Position numbers and translations under genes: made by a program. A DNA stretch of 62,066 bases, filler included, from Hausera hauseri (taxonomy: Eukaryota), in NCBI GenBank assembly GCA_046269625.1. It is 12 parts of 12 records of this genome, joined end to end, with 100 filler letters (N's around TTAATTAATTAA, not from the genome) between each part and the next. Parts side by side here need not be neighbours in the genome. Positions count along the whole stretch, not along the records: positions 1 to 4,518 come from JBJURY010544787.1; positions 4,619 to 8,776 come from JBJURY010729879.1; positions 8,877 to 12,819 come from JBJURY010869737.1; 9 more parts are not named here. One strand, 5' to 3'. Positions 1-9,290 of this stretch are shown in pieces. Below the pieces are notes generated by a model. That model was not told the origin of the DNA. It saw only the letters and a list, made by a program, of their open reading frames with translations, and searched no databases. The number at the start of each line of letters is the position of its first letter. The stretch's first letter is position 1.

Positions 1-655
1 ACGTTCCATACTGTTCAGAACTAAACGAACCCTTTGAATACCTAAGTACCGGAAAAAGAATCAGCCAATACTGTTGACACTGGAACTGCTGGATAAGTTT
101 GATAAGTTAAGAGAAGGCCTAAAAACAGTCGATATATTAGCATACCCTAAGCCAGACTCCTAGCTTATCCTTACTATACATGCCTCCACCACGGCCGTAG
201 GCGCTGTACTGTACCAGATTCAAAAAGTCGAAAATCAACCGCTGGAGGTCTTTTCACGCAAACTAATGCTGCTCGAAACCAGACATTCCACTTTCGAACA
301 AGAACTACTGGCGATAGTTCTCGTTTTAAAATATTTTCACATTTACTTATTGCTCGACGCTTCATCATATAAACTGACCATTAACCCTTAATAAACATCA
401 TAGGAATGAAGCAAACTTCTGCTCGACAGAAATGACAGATTTCGGACTTGTCGACATGTAATTTCCAAATTAAACATATTAACCGCATTAAGAACTTAGT
501 CGCCGACTTTTTATCTAGGTCAATTAGCTCGATTAACTTTAAATCTATTTTCACTCAAAACCAGCTTCAGAAAAACCAGCCACCTCCAGACATCCTAAAA
601 TCCTCTAAATCGTGCAATATCATTGATTGCGTGGCCTTAGATACGTCCAAACCAG
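1..655 (+). mobile_element. Decayed Ty3/Gypsy pol fragment (RT connection/RNase H and start of integrase linker)
   Basis: Translation across stops and frameshifts gives ILAYPKPDS*LILTIHASTTAVGAVLYQ...STFEQELLAIV...TDH*PL...NLVADFLSRSISSINF. This is colinear with the RNase H ORF at 31678-32373 up to 'DTS'. Confidence 0.85.
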
Positions 656-819
656 GACTGTGGCGCCCACATGATGTGTTGCCCAGTGGCCCATTTTGGC
701 CGGATACAAGCGGATGCTGCGTTTTTGCCCCGATGTCGTCGATGGCTGTTGCACTTCGTCTTCCATCGCAGACTCTTGCCGTTAGACGGTCTTTACAAAA
801 CTACTGTTTTATAATTGAA

Positions 820-3800
820 AATAACGTGCGAATTAAAAAAATGCGTGACCAGACAGGAGTAAAAATTAACGTGCCGCCACCGACCGTTGAATCAGAGGAG
901 ATCATCGTTAGCGGCGAGAGAGAAGGAGTTTATCAGGCAATGGATATTCTACGACAGATTTATGACGATGCCAGTAAGAATTATTGCTCGTTGAATTTGC
1001 CGATTGAGAAGAGTCAACATCGGTACGTTTATGGCAGCCGCGGTTGTGGCATCATGGAGATACTGGACAAGACTGGAGTGAGTGTGGAGATGCCCTCGAG
1101 CGATTCCGATGATGACACGATTGTGTTATTCGGTCCAAATGATGGATTAGCCACAGCATTATCATTGGTTATTCAGAAATCCGAGTCGATGTTATGCAAT
1201 ACGATCAGCGCACCGAATTGGCTGCACAGATTCATCATTGGTAAACAAGGTGTGAATTTGAATAAACTACTGGAGAAATACGATCGAGTATTTGTCAATT
1301 TCCCCGAAGATAGTGATGAAATAACAATCGAAGGACCGAAAGATGACGTTCGTGACGTCAGTCAGTTACTGAAGCAACAAATCGATGAACTGCGGCGAAC
1401 GATGGACGAGACAGAATTGTCGGTAGATCCGCGATTTCATCGGCATATTATCGGTAGAAATGGTGTGAATATTCAGCGGATGCAGGAGGAATATCGAGTG
1501 CAAATTCGAATGCCTAATAATGCCGGTGGTAATTCGGGTTGGACGATACGAATTGAAGGTGATTCTGATGGAATTGTTGGTGCCCGAGCTGAAATTGAGA
1601 GTATGTCACAGAAATTAGAGAATGAGAAGATAAAAGATGTGATAATTGATCACAAATATCATAGTCAATTGATCGGTGCTAATGGAACTCGAATTCGTGA
1701 CATTCGTCAACAATATCCCGATGTAATGATAACATTTCCCGAATTATCATTGAATAGTGATATTGTGCAATTGCGTGGTCCACGGCAACAAGTTGATAAT
1801 GTCAGCAAATTATTGATGAAAATTTATCAAGAATTTGTGGATAATAATTATACAAGAGACGTGCGGATATTTAAACAATTCCATCGGAATATTGTTGGGA
1901 AAGGAGGACAAAATATTCGTAAATTACGCGAGGAATTATCCATTCGAATTGATTTACCGGATGAACAGTCGGATAGCGATTTGATCCGTTTAATTGGTAA
2001 ACAACAATCGGTTGATGAAGCTGTACAACGAATTGAACAATTACAGTCGGAATTAATTGCTATTCGTGAAGATTCAGTGACAATTCCTCATAATCTTCAC
2101 GAATTGTTAAATGGCCAACATGGGCAAATCATTCGATCTATACAACAAGAATGCGGTGGGGTTATTATAGAATTTCCGTTAGTAGGAAATGTCATTAAAA
2201 TTCGTGGACCGGATAATGACGTTGAAAATGCTAAACAACGATTGTTGGAATTAGCGAATAAAAATCATTTGTTGAGTTATCACGAATTTATGCCGGTTAA
2301 AAATGAATTGCATAAATTTCTTATTGGACGTAAAGGTCAAAAATTGGCGGAATTTCGTCGTCGGCATTCCGTTATTGTAATATTTCCTGATTCTAATGGA
2401 TATTGTCAACCGCAGCAACAACAGCAGCAGCAACAACAACAAAATAAAGATGAAATAGAAATTATCGGCACAAAAGACGCTGTCCAACGAGCCCGCACGG
2501 AATTACACGACATCATTCGATCGCTAGAAAATGACCGTGAACAAGAAATTATTATCGATCCAAAATGGCATCGACATTTTTTCCGTCGTCGTCAGGCAGT
2601 AATCGATGAAATCTATCGGGAATTCGGTGGTGTACGGATTTATTTTCCAAAACAAGATGCCGCAATAGAACAACAAGATAAAGTACGAATTGTCGGTCCA
2701 AAAGGATGCGTTGATGACGCAATCCAACATATTATGGATATAATCGATAATTTGGAATCCCAAACAACAATTTCTGTATTTATAGAACAGCGATATCATC
2801 GTGGATTATTGACGCGCAATATGTCGGATATAAAATTGATTCAATCGGATTATGACGTATCAATTAAATTCCCATCACGGATAATTGATTACGATAACAA
2901 TCCCGCTAATTTTGTGACCATATCCGGTCGACGAGATCATTGCGAATTAGCACGGAATGCACTCATTGAACTCGTTCCGATCACCGTTGATATCCCATTA
3001 GTCAATGAATTCCATCGTAATTTTATCGGACAAAAAGGACAAGGAATTAATGCATTCTCCTCGAAATTTAACGTCGTTGTCAATATCCCACAAGCTAACA
3101 AAGCATCGGATACGATATCGATTAAAGGTACAAAGAAAAACATTGCTGATGCAGAATTGGGATTGCAGGAACTGATCAACGAATGGGAACGTGATAAAGA
3201 AGATCGAATTGCACGGAATTATGAATTATCTGTGGATGTACCAATCGTCTTTCATCGGCAAATCATTGGACAACGTGGGGCGAATATCGAACATTTCCGT
3301 AATAAATTTAATGTCAACATACAAATCCCTGAACAAAATAGTGGATCAGCAACAATTATCATTCGTGGATATCAAACTGATGCCGAACGTGCCCGTGATG
3401 AACTCTTATCAACAATCCGTCGTCTTGAGGCACAGGTAAAAGAAGAACTCCACATCCCAAAAGAAGTCCATCCATTGCTCATCGGGACACGAGGATTCGC
3501 ATTGAAAAAACTCAAAGATCAATTCAAAGTGGACATTTCGTTCCCGAGTAAAACATGCAGTCCAGAACGGGCAAATTTTGTTGAAGTCATCGGTGACAAA
3601 CAAAATGTCGATCAGTGTTGCGATTTTCTCATCGAACGTGCCAATGAATTACTCGATGAATTCGACGAAAGAAATCAGATTCGCGATTTTAACAGTAGTC
3701 GGCAACAGTTCGCTGATAGCAGCGGAAATGCACCGAAAAATAACGGCCCCGGTTTTCTGTTGACTGGTGCGCCGTGGCAACGAGTGCCAGATGCTAAGAG

Positions 3801-3882
3801 TAACGAGGATTTCCCTCGAATGGACGGTGGTGGGGATAAGTCCGTTGTTGGAACTTGCCTCGTGAATGGTCATTCAGAATAA
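820..3882 (+). CDS. HDLBP: Vigilin (multi-KH-domain RNA-binding protein), lacking its N-terminus, intronless; C-terminal part of ORF 448..3882
   Basis: About 12 tandem KH repeats with HxxIIGxxG motifs (HRFIIGKQG, HRHIIGRNG, HRNIVGKGG, HRQIIGQRG). The vigilin-like start TGVKINVPPP and end GAPW...EDFP are present. Confidence 0.92.
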   Translation, partial: NNVRIKKMRDQTGVKINVPPPTVESEEIIVSGEREGVYQAMDILRQIYDDASKNYCSLNLPIEKSQHRYVYGSRGCGIMEILDKTGVSVEMPSSDSDDDTIVLFGPNDGLATALSLVIQKSESMLCNTISAPNWLHRFIIGKQGVNLNKLLEKYDRVFVNFPEDSDEITIEGPKDDVRDVSQLLKQQIDELRRTMDETELSVDPRFHRHIIGRNGVNIQRMQEEYRVQIRMPNNAGGNSGWTIRIEGDSDGIVGARAEIESMSQKLENEKIKDVIIDHKYHSQLIGANGTRIRDIRQQYPDVMITFPELSLNSDIVQLRGPRQQVDNVSKLLMKIYQEFVDNNYTRDVRIFKQFHRNIVGKGGQNIRKLREELSIRIDLPDEQSDSDLIRLIGKQQSVDEAVQRIEQLQSELIAIREDSVTIPHNLHELLNGQHGQIIRSIQQECGGVIIEFPLVGNVIKIRGPDNDVENAKQRLLELANKNHLLSYHEFMPVKNELHKFLIGRKGQKLAEFRRRHSVIVIFPDSNGYCQPQQQQQQQQQQNKDEIEIIGTKDAVQRARTELHDIIRSLENDREQEIIIDPKWHRHFFRRRQAVIDEIYREFGGVRIYFPKQDAAIEQQDKVRIVGPKGCVDDAIQHIMDIIDNLESQTTISVFIEQRYHRGLLTRNMSDIKLIQSDYDVSIKFPSRIIDYDNNPANFVTISGRRDHCELARNALIELVPITVDIPLVNEFHRNFIGQKGQGINAFSSKFNVVVNIPQANKASDTISIKGTKKNIADAELGLQELINEWERDKEDRIARNYELSVDVPIVFHRQIIGQRGANIEHFRNKFNVNIQIPEQNSGSATIIIRGYQTDAERARDELLSTIRRLEAQVKEELHIPKEVHPLLIGTRGFALKKLKDQFKVDISFPSKTCSPERANFVEVIGDKQNVDQCCDFLIERANELLDEFDERNQIRDFNSSRQQFADSSGNAPKNNGPGFLLTGAPWQRVPDAKSNEDFPRMDGGGDKSVVGTCLVNGHSE
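2413..2442 (+). repeat. CAG/CAA repeat encoding Q10 inside vigilin
   Basis: Sequence cagcaacaacagcagcagcaacaacaacaa in frame. Confidence 0.9.
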
Positions 3883-4518
3883 TAATACTACAATGCGATA
3901 CGATACAAAAGTTACTTTCAAATTTTACCGATGGCTTTGAATAAATTTTGATTCAAATTTGACATTATTGTTGATGGAAAGGAGAGTTTTTTAGTAATGT
4001 TAAATTCTCGCATGTTTTTCATTTTTAATTTTCTTGTCGATTATGCAACTGTTAATTGTTGAAATAAATGGCGGTGGGGGGTTAATAATCATGTGCCATT
4101 TGGCTATGAATTGTTCAGTACAATTTATGGATCATTAAAACATAAAATGCGGGGTGAAGTAAGCAGCCATTTGTCGTCTATGAACAACAGTAATACAGTA
4201 GAATTTATTGATTATCGAAATAAAAATTGTGTTGGAGTGTGGCGTGGAGGCAATACAATTCTAACCAACCACTTACCTGTTAATATCAGTAATTAACATT
4301 CAATTTCTATTGATTACTTTACCATTACAAATATTCCGTGTGTGTGTGTGCATTCGTTTAATCCCCACGACTAAACTGTGTGAACAAATTCTGTCTGTCC
4401 GTGTTTGTGTGTGTGTATGTGTGCATATTGCACTAATTGTGCTGCTCGTGGCGGTAGCAATTCTCTACTTACTCAGTCACATGAATAATAATTACACTGT
4501 TTATTGATTTGTGGTTTA

Positions 4519-4618
4519 NNNNNNNNNNNNNNNNNNNNNNNNNNNNNNNNNNNNNNNNNNNNTTAATTAATTAANNNNNNNNNNNNNNNNNNNNNNNNNN
4601 NNNNNNNNNNNNNNNNNN
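4519..4618. other. Artificial 100-nt contig linker (44N-TTAATTAATTAA-44N). The same linker recurs at 8777, 12820, 19108, 23430, 29698, 33853, 38062, 42640, 48524 and 53402
   Basis: Identical length and a core with stops in all six frames at all 11 sites. Confidence 0.98.
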
Positions 4619-4939
4619 ATGTGAACTGACAATTTTCGCAATATTTCCTTTGAGAAAAATCGACAATGTATTTCGGATATCGTTACTCAACGCCAAGTTA
4701 CTGTCAACATTTCTAGTTGTGTCTTTCATTGTATCCAAATCATCATCGCTAATCCTTTTCACTAATAGATCATATTTCACCGGTTTGATTTTTACCGTTT
4801 GCGTCAAAAGCAATTGAATAGCGTTGCGTAAATAATGTAAGTTGTATCCATTATACAATCGGAAATTTCTGAGCAAATATTCGCTGTACCGTGGCTTTTT
4901 TGAGAGACTGTCACTTGTTGAATTGTTTTCCAAATACAC
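4619..4939 (-). CDS. Hypothetical viral protein, truncated by contig end
   Basis: Open frame co-oriented with neighbouring genes, with TATAAATA upstream at 4985-4978. No recognisable domain. Confidence 0.4.
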
Positions 4940-5254
4940 TGTTTAAAGAAGACAAACGTAAAATGAAATTGCATCTCTATTTATATCAAATTTGTTTATA
5001 CCGGTTTGTTTTCATTGTAAACAATAGACACTTTTTGTGTATTGCCTCATATTACAAATACACATTGTCTAATCACAATAGTGTATACTAGTTAAAATTA
5101 CTTCCACAATATTGAAGCCCATGACACTATTTTGTCCCGTTATTGAAGTGATTTGTAATAAATGTAAACAAGAGATATTTTATTGTAAACAATAGATATT
5201 TACCTTGTGAATATTGTCTCATCAGAATGATACAAATTACCTTCACGTTTCCGT

Positions 5255-5722
5255 TCATTCGTAATAAATGTGTACAATTTCCATTATAACACATTTATAT
5301 TCTGGACATTGGTGTGTTACTTTGGTGGAACACATTTGACAAATAACAAGATGGCCGCACATTAAGAATACCGTATGCACTTCTCTTTGTTTACATAGTA
5401 CACACATAAACTGACAGTCTCGTACTTTGTCCATCATTTTCTCTTTCAAGTTCGTTAATTCACCGCGTACCTTTTCAACAGTATTAAAGTCATTTGTATC
5501 ATACAATCGATGAATGTACATTTGATTTAACACAATAATTAGATTTTCTAGAGCTGCAATCTGTTGTCATCAATGCTATTGACGCTAAATATTCTTTAAA
5601 TCCAAAATTACCTGCTGCTCCCGCAACCAGATCACTATCAAGTACTTGTCACCATCGTACCAAGTCTGAAATTGATAATCCATCAAAATTTTGCAATTGC
5701 TTCAATTGATTAAATATTTCCA
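5255..5722 (-). pseudogene. RING-HC (IAP/MDM2-type) E3 ligase-like protein with disrupted 5' part
   Basis: C-terminal CVLC..VFLMCGHLVICQMC..CPEYKC. The probable start MEIFNQL at 5722 is separated from it by a stop and a frameshift. Confidence 0.75.
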
Positions 5723-6324
5723 TGATGATTCATATAATTTCTACCCGTAATTATAATTTTTGAATTATTCAATTGATTAATACGATGGACCTTATTTAGG
5801 GAAAGAAAGAAACAGAGAAATACAATTATGTATTTGCATGAAATGTAATCAATACAAAGCCGTAGACATTTCTTGTAAGAACAATGCGGTCCATAATCAC
5901 GATACAGACATCTAATATTGTTAGGTACCATCGTCAGCGAGCTATTTGATGTTGATGTTAAATACGTCGCCATTCGCAACTCGGGAAAATGTAAATGGCG
6001 TTGTGTAAACTTTTGTCCGCCAATTTGATCTTTAATGTAAAATATTGTATTTTCAATGTCAAAGCGATCACAAATGTCTCGCATGATACATGATACGCAA
6101 AACGTTGAATTGTCTTCGTGCCAACAAAGTCCATGACGAAGTCGTATAAGACATCCGTTGGTAATTTTAGCTTTTTCTGTCAACTGATTCCGCATAATGG
6201 CAGGCTTGAATACATACACAAGCGGTTTGAAAATGTTACAGACGTCCATAACGCATAATTCCTTTGTTAGGTACCGGGCATTATAATCTTGGAAAGCTTC
6301 AATATCTATAAATCCTGTCGCCAT
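5710..6324 (-). CDS. DEDD/DnaQ-like RNase H-fold nuclease-like protein of the kind seen in invertebrate Polintons
   Basis: N-terminal FIDIEAF...KEL, VFKP and HGLCW motifs, plus a C-terminal Cys/His cluster. Confidence 0.55.
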   Translation of the reverse strand: MATGFIDIEAFQDYNARYLTKELCVMDVCNIFKPLVYVFKPAIMRNQLTEKAKITNGCLIRLRHGLCWHEDNSTFCVSCIMRDICDRFDIENTIFYIKDQIGGQKFTQRHLHFPELRMATYLTSTSNSSLTMVPNNIRCLYRDYGPHCSYKKCLRLCIDYISCKYIIVFLCFFLSLNKVHRINQLNNSKIIITGRNYMNHHGNI

Positions 6325-6410
6325 TACTTATCATGTACAGAATCATTTTTGTTTATAACACAAACAAAACAACTAACAATTAGTATTATTATTATTGTCA
6401 TCACAAATCA

Positions 6411-6889
6411 CTAAACATAGGTGGTTTTAAACATATCACCAAAGCCTAATTTTCTTTACCAAAATTTCTTTGCGTTCATTTTGTATTGCTTCATTGAAAC
6501 AAAACAATCCCCATTGTTCCGGTGACATTACACTGAATTCAGCCTCTTCACGTCGAAGAAAAACGATTTGTGCGATTGCACTGCCTTTCGAAAAAGCATA
6601 CGGTTCCCCAGATTGGTTTTCCAGCAACAGTTTAATTTCATCACGAAAGTCTGAATCAATGACCGCCCACAACCGTCACTCCGAGTTTTACCAATCCGCC
6701 TTTCGATAAAGGTTGACCGTAGTAACCGGGTGGAATCGCCAATAAAATCCCAATCGTTATGCATTTGATTGTGCTGTCCGAAATTGTCGTCTTGACATTG
6801 GAAAACACATCGTAGCCCGCACTGCTTGCCGTAACACGTCTCAGTACAGTAGCGCTTTCATCCGTCAAAATAATCTTTAAATCATTCAT
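6411..6889 (-). pseudogene. dut: Trimeric dUTPase, frameshifted
   Basis: Motifs SAGYD, YYGQ..SKGGL, VIDSDFR, AIAQ and a terminal GFG, spread over ORFs 6656-6913 and 6436-6672. Confidence 0.9.
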
Positions 6890-6975
6890 GATCATTATTA
6901 ATGAAAAGCCCATTACACATGTATATTTATACTCATTGTTGAAGAAGAAAAAAATTAAAGCAAAAACATGAACAT

Positions 6976-7296
6976 TTATTGATAATCAAAAATTGCTTCG
7001 GAGAAACGCCAAATTAAGCTTTTGATACTGTCCTTTTCTTTGTATCCCCGCAATTCAATGTTGAGTCGACATTTTAAGTCATCGGACGCATTAGATATTT
7101 CACGACCGATGAAATCAATCAGTTTAGATTTTGCGGTCGGTAAAACAACATACTGCTGTTGTAAGGCTGTTTCGTTCAGTTTTAAATCCATATTTAATTG
7201 ACTTAAAGCATCAACAAGTTTCTCAACATTTTTACTCGATACCTGCCTTACACGATAACTGTACTTGGGTGTGATCAACAACACCGGATCATTCAA
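6976..7296 (-). CDS. Conserved hypothetical Polinton protein
   Basis: Clear homolog at 41701-42057 (NDPV...YSY.V...KL.DAL.QLN.D.KLNET...KL.DFIG.E.S). Confidence 0.7.
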   Translation of the reverse strand: MNDPVLLITPKYSYRVRQVSSKNVEKLVDALSQLNMDLKLNETALQQQYVVLPTAKSKLIDFIGREISNASDDLKCRLNIELRGYKEKDSIKSLIWRFSEAIFDYQ

Positions 7297-7314
7297 CGAA
7301 ATCTGTACAGACGT

Positions 7315-7698
7315 TTACAGATAATGCATTTCATACTTTCGAAAACGTCGCGTCAGTAAAAATGTCGGTGTTTGATGCGTGAGCTTTAATTTTCGTTTCT
7401 TTGTTCCATTAGTCATTCGCGCTTGTCGTTTTAATTTAGGCTTTTCTAATTTTTGGACAGGTTCTATTTTCGTTTCCAGACAGTTGACATTAGAATTGTT
7501 CCCAACAAACACTCGTGACAAATCGGAACCCTCATTGTCATCATCACCATTGAATATTATCGCTCTATTTTCGTCTGACATGTGTTGACGAAGACAGTTG
7601 ACATTGTCATTCTTGTCACTAAAGAGCCATGACCAATCTGTACTTTTGTCATTGTCAGAAGTATTATACAGCAGAATCGTTTTATCGTCGTTTTCCAT
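7315..7698 (-). CDS. Hypothetical Polinton protein (acidic N-terminus with DWSWLF, basic C-terminus)
   Basis: Decayed homolog at 41372-41700. The start is taken as MENDDK because the upstream 'MDYKY' overlaps a TATA box conserved in both copies. Confidence 0.6.
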   Translation of the reverse strand: MENDDKTILLYNTSDNDKSTDWSWLFSDKNDNVNCLRQHMSDENRAIIFNGDDDNEGSDLSRVFVGNNSNVNCLETKIEPVQKLEKPKLKRQARMTNGTKKRKLKLTHQTPTFLLTRRFRKYEMHYL

Positions 7699-7746
7699 CG
7701 TAGTAATGTCTGAACGAATATTGGAATGATATTTATAGTCCATTGA

Positions 7747-8226
7747 TTAGAGTATATTACTTTGATTCAATAAAACACTTATGCGGTGTTTAATTTGATT
7801 AATAGCCGTCTCAAAGTTGATTGACCGAATCCCCAGTACGACAATTTTTCCACTGCTAAACACACTGACACAAAGTGGGCGGAATAGTGTTAGTCGCAGT
7901 GAAGGAAACAGTTTGGGCTCATAAATACATTCGGCAGCCATTGCTAATTTGTGCAGATTAACTGATGGTGGTGATGGTGATGAGCAATCTAACTGAGTCG
8001 TTACAGTTATTGATTCAATTTGGTCAATGACAATTCCGAATGGTAGATATCCATTAATTGTGATTTGTTTGCGACAACCCATAATACGACACTTTCCCGA
8101 TGGAAATATGATGCATGTAATATTCAGTGGATATTTGTGGACATACTGCCTTGGCTTCAATTGATTAAACGGCTGTACATTAATACTCTCAGTAACATGT
8201 CCGCGGTAGTTGATATTAGCTATCAT
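7747..8226 (-). CDS. TATA-box-binding protein (TBP)-like, 159 aa, core domain only
   Basis: Two TBP half-repeats: IANI...CIIFPSGKCRIMGC and IESI...VNL..L...CIYEPKLFPSL...VFSSGKIVVLG. Confidence 0.85.
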   Translation of the reverse strand: MIANINYRGHVTESINVQPFNQLKPRQYVHKYPLNITCIIFPSGKCRIMGCRKQITINGYLPFGIVIDQIESITVTTQLDCSSPSPPSVNLHKLAMAAECIYEPKLFPSLRLTLFRPLCVSVFSSGKIVVLGIRSINFETAINQIKHRISVLLNQSNIL

Positions 8227-8282
8227 GATTGATTGAAATAATGTTCATGCTGCACCTATTTATGTGTGTGGTTATAAACAAA

Positions 8283-8776
8283 ATGTATGAGAAATGCATA
8301 ACCAACGACATTAAGCTGCAGAATAGTGCCATTTTCCAAATTGTGGGCCAAAGTGGAAGTGGAAAAACGCACATTATTTGCAAATTGCTGCCGAACTACC
8401 GTGAAATATTCCAATCGCCGCTGTTCAATCACATTTACTGGCATCAGGGCAGTGATGATGATGGAGAGTCCGGTTTGACACATTGGGAATTTTGTAAACT
8501 GAAATCGGTAACAGTAATTGATGGGTTTGACGAGAACTGGTCAGGGAGATTACGCAACGTTGACGTTATTGTTATTGACGATTTATCTCAAGAGGCAACG
8601 AAACAAACCGACTTCAACAACCTGCTGACGAAGATTGCACGGCACCGTGGTGTGACGGTTATTTTCATTACGCTAAACATGTACCATCAGGGCGGAAAAC
8701 ATCGAACAAGAAATCTAAACGTACACTATTTGGTGTTGTTCAAAAATCCCCGTGATCAGACTATCATTGATTATGT
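8283..8776 (+). CDS. A32/FtsK-type DNA packaging ATPase, 3'-truncated by contig end
   Basis: Walker A GQSGSGKT, Walker B VIVIDD, and ARH...IFIT.N...R.N.HYLVLFKNPRD, typical of Polinton ATPases. Confidence 0.92.
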
Positions 8777-9290
8777 NNNNNNNNNNNNNNNNNNNNNNNN
8801 NNNNNNNNNNNNNNNNNNNNTTAATTAATTAANNNNNNNNNNNNNNNNNNNNNNNNNNNNNNNNNNNNNNNNNNNNAGGAAGAAATATTAGTGATTACGA
8901 TTGATAATTAGACGAATACATTGTACTTTGACATAACATGAACGATAAACTGGAGATTCGACCTTAGTAAAATATTGGTTAAAAAATTAAACGAAAATGT
9001 TATTGAATTTCAACATGTCTCTTCATGTTAGGGAGAAAATTGAAGAAGTGCAAAATGACGTAACATTTAGTAGCCCATATTGCATATCTTGGATTTGTTT
9101 GTAAAATTGTTTTTCATATTATTAATCACCATAACATTTTATACTTGTTAGAATCTGTAAAACTTGTAAAATCCTGATTAGAAGTAGGATGTTGTTCCTT
9201 GTAAATATATCGTGTTATAATTGAAAGTTATTAGTTATGCAATTGGTACAGTTTCTTATGTCATTTATATTTTCAGATCAATAGAGTCTA

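Larger units (their letters stand above)
4619..8776. mobile_element. Polinton/Maverick-type endogenous DNA virus fragment, copy 1 (accessory arm plus packaging ATPase)
   Basis: Dense intronless ORFs and an A32/FtsK-like ATPase. Three genes are shared with the capsid/integrase contig at 38162-42639. Confidence 0.85.

Noticed and set aside
448-819. Genuine vigilin N-terminus
   Set aside because: The first 69 codons are Ty3 pol-derived and the start is TTG; treated as a chimera instead.
4310-4507. 65-aa hydrophobic ORF
   Set aside because: Produced by GT microsatellites in the vigilin 3' flank.
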